From an uncultured Clostridia bacterium (lineage in GTDB: Bacteria; Bacillota; Clostridia; Christensenellales; UBA1242): DNA of 24,000 bases. A program made the position numbers and the translations under genes. The notes beneath the pieces are model-generated. The model was not told where the DNA came from, did no database searches, and was given only the letters and a program-made list of their open reading frames with translations. Where the stretch lies: positions 243,545-267,544 of the forward strand of contig CAKVLS010000001.1 of NCBI GenBank assembly GCA_934757865.1, given 5' to 3'. Below, piece after piece: positions 1 through 9,292 of the stretch (the stretch's first letter is position 1; the number at the start of each line of letters is the position of its first letter).

Positions 1-735
1 GTTGTTGACGAAAAACTTATCAAAAATGTTCTTGAAGAAAGAAAAGCTAAGATGGCACAAGATATGGTTGATAAAGGTCTTGGAACATCACTTGATGACT
101 TCTTCAACACTCCAGCCGGAAAAGATAAAAAGGCTCTAAATATCATCATCAAATCTGATGTACAAGGTAGTGCAGAGGCTTTGAAACAAATGCTACAAAA
201 AGTAAGCAATGATGAGGCTGAAGTAAAAGTTATTCATAGTGGCGTAGGTGCTGTAACAGAGACTGATGTACAACTTGCACAAGTTTCTAATGCTTTGATT
301 ATCTGTTTCAATATTAAGGCAGATGCTAAGGCACAAGCACTAGCTGATCACAATAAGATTGAGATTAGAAATTATAGCATCATCTACGAAGCTCTTGACG
401 ATATCGAGAGAGCAATCAAAGGTATGCAAGCTCCAAAATATGAAGAAAAAGTTACAGGTCATGCTGAGGTTAGAATGCTATTTAAGATTAGCTCAGTTGG
501 TACAGTTGCTGGCTGCAGAGTAATAGATGGCAAAGTCGTAAGAAATGGCTCTGTAAAAGTATTGAGAAAAGATAAAGTCGTATTTGAAGGCAAGATTGCA
601 TCTCTAAAACGTGAAAAAGACGAAGCTAAAGAAGTTGCAAGCGGATTTGAATGCGGTATTAAGATTGATGGATTCAATGATATTCTTGAAGGAGATATCA
701 TCGAGTGTCTTGTAAAAGAAAGAATTGATTTATAA
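1..735 (+). CDS. infB: Translation initiation factor IF-2, C-terminal part (5' truncated by window)
   Basis: Frame 1 is open from base 1 (VVDEKLIKNVLEERKAKMAQD...); contains IIIKSDVQGSAEAL, VKVIHSGVGAVTETDV and GHAEVRMLFKISSVGTVAGCRVIDGKV, typical of IF-2 domains 3-4; followed directly by rbfA. Confidence 0.97.
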   Translation, partial: VVDEKLIKNVLEERKAKMAQDMVDKGLGTSLDDFFNTPAGKDKKALNIIIKSDVQGSAEALKQMLQKVSNDEAEVKVIHSGVGAVTETDVQLAQVSNALIICFNIKADAKAQALADHNKIEIRNYSIIYEALDDIERAIKGMQAPKYEEKVTGHAEVRMLFKISSVGTVAGCRVIDGKVVRNGSVKVLRKDKVVFEGKIASLKREKDEAKEVASGFECGIKIDGFNDILEGDIIECLVKERIDL

Positions 736-751
736 TAAAAGGAGTTAATTT

Positions 752-1111
752 ATGGCTTCTAACAATAGAATGGAGAGAATCAACTCTGAGATACAAAAAG
801 AAGTTTCTTTGATAATAAACAATGAGATAAATGACCCAAGGGTTAGCGGCTTTGTGTCTGTCCTAAAAGTTCAAACTACTCAGGACCTAAAGTTTGCAAA
901 AATTTATATCAGTGTTTATAGCGAGAATAAACAAGAGGCTTTTGAGGCTTTGCGTAGTGCAAGCAACTTTATCCGTAAACGCCTAGCTCAAAATATCAAC
1001 TTGAGAGAAATCCCAAAACTAATATTTGAGTTAGATGACGGAATAGAGTATAGTGACAAAATAAACAAAATTATTAAATCCCTAGATATAAAACCTTTGG
1101 AGGATGAATAA
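752..1111 (+). CDS. rbfA: Ribosome-binding factor A
   Basis: 119 aa, MASNNRMERINSEIQKEVSLIINNEINDPRVSGFVSVLKV...; SD aaaggag about 10 nt upstream; infB-rbfA synteny. Confidence 0.96.
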   Translation: MASNNRMERINSEIQKEVSLIINNEINDPRVSGFVSVLKVQTTQDLKFAKIYISVYSENKQEAFEALRSASNFIRKRLAQNINLREIPKLIFELDDGIEYSDKINKIIKSLDIKPLEDE

Positions 1112-2082
1112 TGGTTTCTATCAAAAAAGTAACAACCTTTTTGAAATCATATAATTCTTTTGCACTATTTACTCATATCAGCCCTGATGCAGACGCTTTT
1201 GGGTCAACAAAAGCCCTAAAATTAGCTCTAGAGAGCTTAGGTAAGACTGTCTATGTATTTTGCGATGGCATTGTAACTAAGAATTTAGAGTTTTTAGAGC
1301 CGGAACTATGCGATGATGTGTCGGTTATTAGTTCTGTAGAAGTTGGTATTTTGGTAGACTGCAATATACCTTATAGAGTTGGCAAATACGAAGAATTTTT
1401 TGAAAAAATACCTGTGAAGATGTGTATAGACCATCATGTCCCAGAAAAGTACAAGTTCAACCTAAAATTTGTCTCAACCAAAAGCCCAAGTGCAAGCAAC
1501 CTTGTTTATAAAATAATCAAGGGTCTAAAAGTAAAAATTACAAAAGAAATTGCAACGCTACTTTATGCGGGAACAGCTACTGATACTGCTGGCTTCAAAA
1601 ACACTAATACCACAGCAGATTGTCACAGAGTAGTCGGCGCGCTTATAGATAAAAAGTTTGATTTAGAAAAAGCTAACTATTATCTATTTAAGTTTAAGCC
1701 AAAAAAGCAAATGGATTTTTATTCTTATTGCTTTAAGCATTTGCAATACTTTTATGATGATAAGATTTTGTTAATTTTTATACCATATAAAGAATATCAA
1801 AAAGTCGCTGATATCATAGATACCGGCGGCATTTATGAGTTTTTGACCGGTATTGAGGGCAACGAAATTATTATCAAAATAACCGAAAAACAACCTAAAC
1901 ATTACTTTATATCTTTGAGATCTAACATATACGCCAATGTCCGTGATATAGCGGCAGAATTTGGCGGTGGCGGACACAAAATGGCTTCTGGCTGCAATTA
2001 TGTTGGCGACTATAAAGAGTGCTTAGACAAACTGATTAAGCTATCAATAAGCGAGATAGAAAAGCATGATAGGAATAATTAA
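1111..2082 (+). CDS. nrnA: DHH/DHHA1 family phosphoesterase (NrnA-like oligoribonuclease/pAp phosphatase)
   Basis: DHH signature HISPDADAFGS, DHH-like CIDHHVP, DHHA1-like C-terminal FGGGGHKMASG; start codon overlaps rbfA stop. Confidence 0.92.
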   Translation: MVSIKKVTTFLKSYNSFALFTHISPDADAFGSTKALKLALESLGKTVYVFCDGIVTKNLEFLEPELCDDVSVISSVEVGILVDCNIPYRVGKYEEFFEKIPVKMCIDHHVPEKYKFNLKFVSTKSPSASNLVYKIIKGLKVKITKEIATLLYAGTATDTAGFKNTNTTADCHRVVGALIDKKFDLEKANYYLFKFKPKKQMDFYSYCFKHLQYFYDDKILLIFIPYKEYQKVADIIDTGGIYEFLTGIEGNEIIIKITEKQPKHYFISLRSNIYANVRDIAAEFGGGGHKMASGCNYVGDYKECLDKLIKLSISEIEKHDRNN

Positions 2083-2923
2083 CTTAAACAAGCCAAGTGG
2101 TATGTCTAGTAGTAATGCTGTGGTAAAAATCAAAAAGCTGACTCATCAAAGTAGAGTCGGTCATATGGGAACTTTGGACCCACTAGCAAGTGGCGTTCTA
2201 ATTATTGGCGTTGGCAAAGCGACAAGGCTATTTGATTATTACTTAAAAAAATCAAAAACTTACATAGCAAAATTTAAGTTTGGAGTTTTGACTGATACAC
2301 TTGATAGCGAAGGAACTATCACAAATACAAGTGATAAAATACCAACTGCTGATGAAATAATTAAAGTACTTCCTACATTAACAGGCAAAATTAGCCAGTA
2401 TCCGCCGGCTTTTTCTGCCAAATGCATAAATGGTACTCGTGCATACAAACTTGCAAGACAGGGCGTAGAGGTTAATCTAGAGCCAAAAGTTGTCGAGATT
2501 AGTAGTATTGAACTTTTAGAAAAAGTATCTCAAGATGAGTATACATTTAGGATAGATTGTTCAGCCGGTACTTATATTAGAAGCATAGCAAGAGATATGG
2601 GTAAGGCTCTTGGAACATACGGCATTATGACAGCCCTAACTAGGACAAAGTGCGGAGTATTTACCCTTAGTGAAAGTGTCAATTTAGACGATCTTACAGA
2701 AGATAACATTGAAAACTTTTTGACGCCACTTGATAAGGCACTAGAAAACTTAGAAGAATATAATGTCGACAGTGTAACAAAGCTTAAAAAGGTCTTAAAC
2801 GGTGTGCCTATTGATGCGTGCGGCGAAGATAGACAAGTAGTCGTAAAAAGTCAAGGCGAAGTACTAGGTATTGCAGAAATAAATGACGGTAAACTAAAGA
2901 TAATAAATTATTTGAAAGAGTGA
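2066..2923 (+). CDS. truB: tRNA pseudouridine(55) synthase
   Basis: MIGIINLNKPSGMSS...VGHMGTLDPLASGVLIIGVGKATR catalytic motif; overlaps the end of nrnA by 17 nt. Confidence 0.97.
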   Translation: MIGIINLNKPSGMSSSNAVVKIKKLTHQSRVGHMGTLDPLASGVLIIGVGKATRLFDYYLKKSKTYIAKFKFGVLTDTLDSEGTITNTSDKIPTADEIIKVLPTLTGKISQYPPAFSAKCINGTRAYKLARQGVEVNLEPKVVEISSIELLEKVSQDEYTFRIDCSAGTYIRSIARDMGKALGTYGIMTALTRTKCGVFTLSESVNLDDLTEDNIENFLTPLDKALENLEEYNVDSVTKLKKVLNGVPIDACGEDRQVVVKSQGEVLGIAEINDGKLKIINYLKE

Positions 2924-2930
2924 GAACTAT

Positions 2931-3782
2931 ATGATAAAATTTGGACCATCAGGAAATAGTGAAGAATTTTATAACGAGGGGCACAAGCATACAATAGAAG
3001 CTCCTATTTGGTTAAGCGAAAGAGGCCTAAATGCATTTGAGTATCCATTTAATAGAGGTGTAGCACTAAAAGACGAAACTGCTATAGCTCTTGGAAATGA
3101 ATTTGCTAAATATGGAATAACAGTTAGTGTGCATGCTCCATATTATATCAATTTAGCCGGAACTAATGATGAACTATTAGAAAAATCTTATGGATATGTT
3201 ATAGACAGCTTAAAGAAATTAAAATTACTAGGCGGAACACATTGTGTTATGCACCCAGGGACATGTGGAAGTCTTCCTCGTGAAGAAGCCTTTTCACTTC
3301 TAAAAGAAAGAACAAAAGAACTTGTAAAAAGAGTAAAAAAAGCTGGCATCACAGGTGTTTACATTTGCCCAGAGACTATGGGTAAGTCTCAGCAACTTGG
3401 AACTTATGAAGAGATAGCTGAGATATGTTCTTACGATGATATGCTTATCCCAACAGTGGATTTTGGACATATCAACGCACTAGAACATGGCAGTCTTAAG
3501 ACCCCAGAGGACTTCGAGAGAGTTATCAAATGCTTTATTGATAAAATTGGTATTGAAAAAGTAAGACATATGCATATTCACTTTTCAAAGATAGAATATG
3601 GCGAAAAAGGTGAGATTAAACACTTAACTTTTGAAGATACAAAATATGGCCCTGAGTTTGAAAATTTGGCAGTTGTACTTAAAAAGTACAATCTAGAGCC
3701 AATGATTATTTGCGAATCTCGTGGAACTCAGGCAAAAGATGCAAAAATTATGAAAGAAATTTACGAAAATACTACCATTTAG
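2931..3782 (+). CDS. Endonuclease IV-like AP endonuclease / TIM-barrel protein
   Basis: 283 aa: VSVHAPYYINLAG, GGTHCVMHPGT, ICPETMGKSQQLGTYEEI, PTVDFGHINAL, HMHIHFSKIEYG, MIICESRG; pattern of the xylose-isomerase-like/endonuclease IV metal-binding fold. Confidence 0.85.
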   Translation: MIKFGPSGNSEEFYNEGHKHTIEAPIWLSERGLNAFEYPFNRGVALKDETAIALGNEFAKYGITVSVHAPYYINLAGTNDELLEKSYGYVIDSLKKLKLLGGTHCVMHPGTCGSLPREEAFSLLKERTKELVKRVKKAGITGVYICPETMGKSQQLGTYEEIAEICSYDDMLIPTVDFGHINALEHGSLKTPEDFERVIKCFIDKIGIEKVRHMHIHFSKIEYGEKGEIKHLTFEDTKYGPEFENLAVVLKKYNLEPMIICESRGTQAKDAKIMKEIYENTTI

Positions 3783-3845
3783 GAAAATTTTATGATATAC
3801 TAATGTAGTATTAAATTGTGCTAAAAATTAACTAGGAGGATATAT

Positions 3846-4403
3846 ATGTTATTAGCAGGTGATTTCAGAAAAGGCGTTAACTTTGAAATGGAAGGAAAAA
3901 TTTACAACGTTGTAGATTTCCAACACGTTAAACCAGGTAAAGGTGCTGCCTTTGTAAGAGCAAAAATTAAAAATATCGTAACTGGACAAGTTCTTGAGAG
4001 AACTTTTAACCCAACAGAAAAGTTTGAGCCAGTAAGAATTGAAACTAAAGAAATGCAATACCTATACAATGAGGGCGGTTTGTATTATTTTATGGATATG
4101 GAGACTTATGAGCAAGTTCCATTTAACAAAGACCAAGTAGAAGAGGCTTTGAAATATATCACAGAGAATATGACAGCTACTGTTCAATTCTACAAAGGTA
4201 ACGCTTTCTCAGTAGTTCCACCAAACTTCGTAGAGCTAACTATTGTAGAGTGTGAGCCAGGGGTTCAAGGTGATACTTCTAAAGCAGGTAACAAGCCAGC
4301 TAAACTTGAAACTGGTACGACTATCCAAGTTCCATTATTTGTTAACAACGGCGAAAAAATCAGAGTTGATACAAGAACTGGAACATATATGGAAAGAGTA
4401 TAA
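3846..4403 (+). CDS. efp: Translation elongation factor P
   Basis: 185 aa, [43 protein letters not shown]...; SD aggagg upstream. Confidence 0.97.
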   Translation: MLLAGDFRKGVNFEMEGKIYNVVDFQHVKPGKGAAFVRAKIKNIVTGQVLERTFNPTEKFEPVRIETKEMQYLYNEGGLYYFMDMETYEQVPFNKDQVEEALKYITENMTATVQFYKGNAFSVVPPNFVELTIVECEPGVQGDTSKAGNKPAKLETGTTIQVPLFVNNGEKIRVDTRTGTYMERV

Positions 4404-4424
4404 TTTTGTAAAAATTAGTAGAAT

Positions 4425-4454
4425 AAAACGATACTTTGCGGTATCGTTTTTTTT
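4425..4454 (+). terminator. Intrinsic terminator after efp
   Basis: AAAACGATAC-tttgcg-GTATCGTTTT followed by a T tract. Confidence 0.85.
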
Positions 4455-4515
4455 ATTGCTAAATAGCATATTTGTAGCATATTTATATAATAGCTTGTCT
4501 AGGAGGCAATTAGTT

Positions 4516-5427
4516 ATGGATAGTATATTTGAAGAGCCTTTATCTGAGATTTTCAAAAAATATGTCAACCTCAATAAAGTAAACGAAATAAGACTTAGAC
4601 TCGATAAAAGAATAGTCATTTATATAGGTGGTAAGCCTTATTATTTATCTTATGAAGGCATAACTAATAACGCCGAAAAAGCCATCATAACAAGTAGAGA
4701 AATGCTATATAACATAATAAGGCGAGCAACCGAAAATTCTGTTTATGCCGTCAATAATCAACTAAAACGAGGCTTCTTGACTGTAAAAGGCGGAATTAGA
4801 CTAGGCATTTGCGGAGAGGTCGTAGTAGAAAATGGTGCTGTCCAAACTATTAAGAATTTTTCTAGTATCAATATCCGTATAGCAAGAGAAGTGAAAAATT
4901 GTTCTCTCAATATTTTTGAGACAATAATGCAGGGCGGCTTCAATAATACTCTTATTATATCTCCGCCCGGAGCTGGTAAAACTACAATGATAAGAGATAT
5001 CTTGTGCCAAATGAGTGAGAGAAGTTATACATATAACATACTTCTTGTAGACGAAAGGTACGAGATTGCTAATTGCTTCAATGGACAACAAACGCTCAAT
5101 GTCGGCGAGTTTGCAGATATTATAAGCGGATCAAATAAAGGTTACGCACTTGAGTGTGGTGTTAGAAGTATGAGCCCAGATATTTTGGTCACAGACGAAC
5201 TAGCCAATAGCCAAGATATTAACAGTATTTTAGATATCGCTAACTCAGGTGTTAAACTGTTGTGTAGTGTGCATGCAAAGAATATTGAGGAATTAAGAGC
5301 TAAACCTCAGTTTAAGCAACTACTTGACCAAAAGATTTTTAAGAGGTTTGTTGTGTTAAGTAAGAGTAGGGGCCCCGGCACTATAGAAGGCGTGTTTGAC
5401 GAGTCTTTTAGGTGCTTGTATGTATAA
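4516..5427 (+). CDS. spoIIIAA: Stage III sporulation protein AA (ATPase)
   Basis: MDSIFEEPLSEIFKKYV...; Walker A ISPPGAGKTTMIRDI, LLVDERYEIA, SPDILVTDELA. Start set at ATG 4516 because of the aggagg SD at 4501; the ORF extension to 4252 overlaps efp and the terminator. Confidence 0.96.
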   Translation: MDSIFEEPLSEIFKKYVNLNKVNEIRLRLDKRIVIYIGGKPYYLSYEGITNNAEKAIITSREMLYNIIRRATENSVYAVNNQLKRGFLTVKGGIRLGICGEVVVENGAVQTIKNFSSINIRIAREVKNCSLNIFETIMQGGFNNTLIISPPGAGKTTMIRDILCQMSERSYTYNILLVDERYEIANCFNGQQTLNVGEFADIISGSNKGYALECGVRSMSPDILVTDELANSQDINSILDIANSGVKLLCSVHAKNIEELRAKPQFKQLLDQKIFKRFVVLSKSRGPGTIEGVFDESFRCLYV

Positions 5428-5902
5428 GTTAATTATTTGTGCTATTTTGGCTGGGGCTTTTATATATTTAGGAATTTGTATTTCAAACAATCTAAAAAAG
5501 AAAAAGCAGTTTTGGGAAGAGATTGTTAAATTGTGCGATTATATGTCTTGTAATATTGGCTTTGGGCAAAAGAAACTAAATGAAATTGCAATGGAATTTT
5601 CTAGTAATGTTGCTAAGGTAAGTAATGATGTCGTTAAAACAATGAGTAGTGAAAAAGATTCTTCTCAAAAAAGTCCTATCAAAAGTATTGATATGACTAG
5701 TGAAGAAAATGCACTTATTAAAGAATTTTTTGATGGGCTAGGCAGTATGGATAGCAAAAGCGAAATTGCTAGAATTGCTAGTTATAAGGCAAGATTTGAG
5801 AGTATAGAGACACTATACACAGAGAGATATAAGAAGTTTTCGCCGCTTATTGTAAAATTGTGTCTAATATTTGGGTTAATGTTATGTATAGTGCTGATTT
5901 AG
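5420..5902 (+). CDS. spoIIIAB: Stage III sporulation protein AB
   Basis: MYKLIICAILAGAFIYLGICISNNLKKKKQF...; size, N-terminal TM segment and position in the spoIIIA operon. Start at 5420 rather than 5396 is inferred from protein architecture. Confidence 0.88.
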   Translation: MYKLIICAILAGAFIYLGICISNNLKKKKQFWEEIVKLCDYMSCNIGFGQKKLNEIAMEFSSNVAKVSNDVVKTMSSEKDSSQKSPIKSIDMTSEENALIKEFFDGLGSMDSKSEIARIASYKARFESIETLYTERYKKFSPLIVKLCLIFGLMLCIVLI

Positions 5903-5975
5903 CATATTTTGTGAATATATAGTTGAATAGTACACTATATATTGGCATAGTACTATGCAAAAAGTGAGTATATAT

Positions 5976-6173
5976 ATGAATTATGAGATTATTCTTAAAA
6001 TAGCTGCTATAGGGATACTTACTGCAGTTATTTCGCAAGTCCTAAAAAATGTAAATAAAGATGACATAGCAACTATAGCAACATTAAGCGGAGTTGTGAT
6101 AGTTCTTATTATGGTTGTTCAGCTTATTGCAGAACTTTTTGAAACGGTTAAAACTTTGTTTTTGATATATTAG
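5976..6173 (+). CDS. spoIIIAC: Stage III sporulation protein AC
   Basis: MNYEIILKIAAIGILTAVISQVLKNVNKDDIATIATLSGVVIVLIMVV..., about 65 aa two-TM protein. ATG 5976 preferred over 5955. Confidence 0.92.
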   Translation: MNYEIILKIAAIGILTAVISQVLKNVNKDDIATIATLSGVVIVLIMVVQLIAELFETVKTLFLIY

Positions 6174-6180
6174 GTAGCAT

Positions 6181-6567
6181 ATGGAAATAGTAAAAATAGT
6201 TTGCGTTGGCATAGTTACGACTATAGCGTATCTTTTGGTAAAAGAGGTAAAAAGTGACTTTGCTATTTTTATAGCTTTGAGCGGCAGTATCATAATGATA
6301 ATGCTGATTGTTGGACAAGTCTCTACGGTTGTTGGGTATTTTAACGAAATAGTCCAAAGAACTGGTATAGACAAAACTATATATTACACCATATTGAAAA
6401 TTATTGGAGTTGGCTACCTTACAGAATTTGCTGCTAATATCTGTGCAGATTCTGGGGTTGCAAGTGTCGGGAATAAAATTATTTTGGGAGGCAAAATTGT
6501 TATATTGTGTTTATCTCTACCAATAATAACATCTCTAATAGACATTATTATAAGTATTTTGCCATAG
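6181..6567 (+). CDS. spoIIIAD: Stage III sporulation protein AD
   Basis: MEIVKIVCVGIVTTIAYLLVKEVKSDFAIFIALSGSIIMI...; operon position. Confidence 0.93.
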   Translation: MEIVKIVCVGIVTTIAYLLVKEVKSDFAIFIALSGSIIMIMLIVGQVSTVVGYFNEIVQRTGIDKTIYYTILKIIGVGYLTEFAANICADSGVASVGNKIILGGKIVILCLSLPIITSLIDIIISILP

Positions 6568-7718
6568 TACTTTTATTTTTTATAGTTATATTTTTTACTC
6601 CAAGTGTAAAGCCTGCGTATGCGGACGAGGTAGAAAAATCGCTTAGCGAAACGATAGAATCTCAGCTTGAAAAATTAGACCTAACAGCCTTGGAGCGTTA
6701 CCTTAGCGGTATATCGTCTAATTTTGAAGGACTTTTTAGTGGCTCATTTATTGAGAATTTAAGGAATATTATATCTGGGCAAAAACAATTCGATTATTCC
6801 AACTTTTTCTCTTATGTTGTTAGTATCATTTTTGACGACTTAATCAAGGTTATTCCTATGCTGTCGGCTATAGTTGCTATTTGCGTAGTTTGTAGCTTGC
6901 TAGGACAATTATCGCCGGACAAGCAAGGGGAGAAGATTAGTAAAGTTATATATTTTGCTTGTTTTGCGCTTGTGGCTACTATTATATTCTCGGCTTTTAA
7001 GTCACTGCTTAGTAGTACGACAGGAGTCTTAGAGTCTATCAAAACTCAAATGCAACTTATATTTCCTATACTTCTTACGCTTATTACCTCCATTGGCAGC
7101 GTAGTTACAGTTTCAACTTTTAAGCCGGCTGTTGCACTTTTGAGTTCTAGCATTGTATCTATGATTAGCTCAATAGTACTTCCTATATTTATCTTTTCAT
7201 TTATCTTCAATATAGTAGGTAATATGTCGTCCAATGTGAAATTAGAAAAGTGTGCAAAATTTTTGTCCTCTATGTTTAAGTGGCTACTTGGGACGATTTT
7301 TACAGTCTTTATGACAGTGCTTTCTCTTCAAGGCATCTTAGCGTCAGTTAGTGATAATATATCTATTAAGACGGCGAAATTTGCTCTAAAAAGCTATGTC
7401 CCACTAATTGGCAACTTTATGTCAGACGGGCTAGGATTTATTCTTGCTAGTGGTGTGCTTATAAAAAATGCTGTTGGTTTGACGGGGTTGTTTTTGCTTT
7501 TATCAACAATAGTTTTGCCACTCGTTGAGATTATTATCTTTATGTTAGGGCTAAAACTCGTTGCGGCTATTGTTGAGCCTCTTAGCAATAACAATATGTC
7601 TAACTTTATTTATGGTTGTTCTAAATGCCTAAGCATGCTTATAGCTTGCATTGTGGCAGTTGGATTTATGTATATTTTGTCTGTTGGGCTTTTGATGTGT
7701 ACATCTAATATTTTTTAG
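6507..7718 (+). CDS. spoIIIAE: Stage III sporulation protein AE
   Basis: 403 aa polytopic protein with signal-like N-terminus ending PAYADE; GTG start at 6507; downstream of spoIIIAD. Confidence 0.93.
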   Translation: MFISTNNNISNRHYYKYFAIVLLFFIVIFFTPSVKPAYADEVEKSLSETIESQLEKLDLTALERYLSGISSNFEGLFSGSFIENLRNIISGQKQFDYSNFFSYVVSIIFDDLIKVIPMLSAIVAICVVCSLLGQLSPDKQGEKISKVIYFACFALVATIIFSAFKSLLSSTTGVLESIKTQMQLIFPILLTLITSIGSVVTVSTFKPAVALLSSSIVSMISSIVLPIFIFSFIFNIVGNMSSNVKLEKCAKFLSSMFKWLLGTIFTVFMTVLSLQGILASVSDNISIKTAKFALKSYVPLIGNFMSDGLGFILASGVLIKNAVGLTGLFLLLSTIVLPLVEIIIFMLGLKLVAAIVEPLSNNNMSNFIYGCSKCLSMLIACIVAVGFMYILSVGLLMCTSNIF

Positions 7719-7728
7719 GAGTGGGTAA

Positions 7729-8205
7729 GTGAGTGCAGTTTCTAGTTGGGTTTTGACTATAGTTGGGGTGATAATCATAACGGTAATTGTCGAGATAACT
7801 ATGCCAGATGGCAATATCAATAAGTACATAAAAGGCATACTCGTTATTTTTACGGTTTTTGTAATGGTGTCGCCTATCACCAATCTTAATGTTTTTGGGA
7901 ATATCAAAAATATCGATTATGATATCAAGCTTGACGATAGCTATCTAGGAGATGTCAATAGCCAAATAGCTAATGAGTATAAAATAATTATTGAAAGTAA
8001 ACTCAAAACAAATGGCTACGAAAATGTAACTGTTGATATTGATCTAAAAGATGACGAAAAGTTGGAGATAGATGCAGTTTTTGTCTATTTGTGTGATTTA
8101 GTTCTTAAAAGCAATGACGAGAGTATAAATATTTATAACAACATAAAAAGCATTATAAAAAGTGTTGTTGTGGTGGATGCGGAGGATATAATTTTTTATG
8201 AGTGA
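7729..8205 (+). CDS. spoIIIAF: Stage III sporulation protein AF
   Basis: GTG start; MSAVSSWVLTIVGVIIITVIVEITMPDGNINKYIKGILVIFTVFVMVSPI... Confidence 0.92.
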   Translation: MSAVSSWVLTIVGVIIITVIVEITMPDGNINKYIKGILVIFTVFVMVSPITNLNVFGNIKNIDYDIKLDDSYLGDVNSQIANEYKIIIESKLKTNGYENVTVDIDLKDDEKLEIDAVFVYLCDLVLKSNDESINIYNNIKSIIKSVVVVDAEDIIFYE

Positions 8206-8749
8206 AGAGAAAAAAGGCTTTTGGTCAAAATTTAAGTTCTTCAAAAAAATCAAAATGTCCAAAAATGTCAGTATAGCCATAGCTGTCATACTGAGTCTTG
8301 TTGTTTTGTTGATTTTTTGTTCCTCACTCGATAAAAGCAAAACATCTACTGTGACTTCAGAAGAAGAGTATACATCAATGATTGAGTACACAAGGAATAT
8401 GGAATCAAAACTCCAAAAAGTACTAATGCAGGTAGAGGGCGTTGACAATGTCGAGGTTATGATAACTTTTGAAAATAGTATCGAGCTTATCATATCAAGT
8501 TCTAAGGAAACTAAGACAATAAAGAGCGGTAATTCTAGCACAACAGTTATAGTTGAGACTCCCGTTCTTGTCACCGAAAAAGGTGTGTCAAAACCTATAG
8601 TACTGCAAGAAAAATTGCCTGAGCCAAAGAGTGTATTTATCGTAGCAAAAGGCGCTGACAATGCAAAAGTAAAACTTGAGATAATAAAAGCTGTAGAAGT
8701 ATTATTTTCGCTTCCTAGCTCAAAAATCGAAGTTTTGGTGGGTAAATAA
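8198..8749 (+). CDS. spoIIIAG: Stage III sporulation protein AG
   Basis: TM segment plus LQKVLMQVEGVDNVEVMITFENSIE (ring-building motif domain), KIEVLVGK end; operon position. Confidence 0.93.
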   Translation: MSEEKKGFWSKFKFFKKIKMSKNVSIAIAVILSLVVLLIFCSSLDKSKTSTVTSEEEYTSMIEYTRNMESKLQKVLMQVEGVDNVEVMITFENSIELIISSSKETKTIKSGNSSTTVIVETPVLVTEKGVSKPIVLQEKLPEPKSVFIVAKGADNAKVKLEIIKAVEVLFSLPSSKIEVLVGK

Positions 8750-8761
8750 GGGGGTTAATGT

Positions 8762-9238
8762 ATGTTTACTAAGAAAAAGAAAATAATTATTTTAGCTAGC
8801 ATGGTGATGCTTTTGGTTATTACTGGGTTTTTGAATATCAAACTTAAATCAGGAGTTAATAAAACTCAAACTGTTTCTGGTTATAATTCAGCTACATTTT
8901 TTGAGACATATAGAGAAGATAGAACTTCTAATAGAAATGAGAGTATAGCGTATTATAATTCTATTATTTCGTCTACTTATTCTTCAAAAGAGGCTATAAA
9001 AACAGCTGAGGAAAAGAAGCAATTGCTTATCGAGAATATGACTCTTGAGCTTACTATGGAAGGACTTATTAAGGCAAAAGGTTTCAATGATGCAATAGTA
9101 TGTTGCAGTGATAGTTATATCAATGTCATCGTTAAAGCTGAGGCTTTGGCTGATAGCGAAGTAGCTCAAATAGTAGAAGTAGTGCAAGGTCAAACTCAAA
9201 AAGATATTGATTATATCAAAATTATTCCCGTAGAATAA
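8762..9238 (+). CDS. spoIIIAH: Stage III sporulation protein AH
   Basis: MFTKKKKIIILASMVMLLVITGFLNIKL... single-TM protein with C-terminal SpoIIIAH-like domain (GFNDAIVCCSDSYINVIVKAEALADSEVAQIVEVV). Confidence 0.93.
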   Translation: MFTKKKKIIILASMVMLLVITGFLNIKLKSGVNKTQTVSGYNSATFFETYREDRTSNRNESIAYYNSIISSTYSSKEAIKTAEEKKQLLIENMTLELTMEGLIKAKGFNDAIVCCSDSYINVIVKAEALADSEVAQIVEVVQGQTQKDIDYIKIIPVE

Positions 9239-9292
9239 TTGATTTTGAGACAATCCTATGATATAATAACCAAGTAATTATAGGAGTCTATT

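Noticed and set aside
4252-4515. N-terminal extension of the spoIIIAA ORF (88 extra codons)
   Set aside because: It overlaps efp out of frame and crosses an intrinsic terminator; ATG 4516 has an aggagg SD and the expected SpoIIIAA N-terminus.
8098-8661. 187-aa minus-strand ORF opposite spoIIIAF/AG
   Set aside because: Antisense shadow of well-supported spoIIIA genes with no recognisable domain or SD; the same applies to the other minus-strand ORFs listed.
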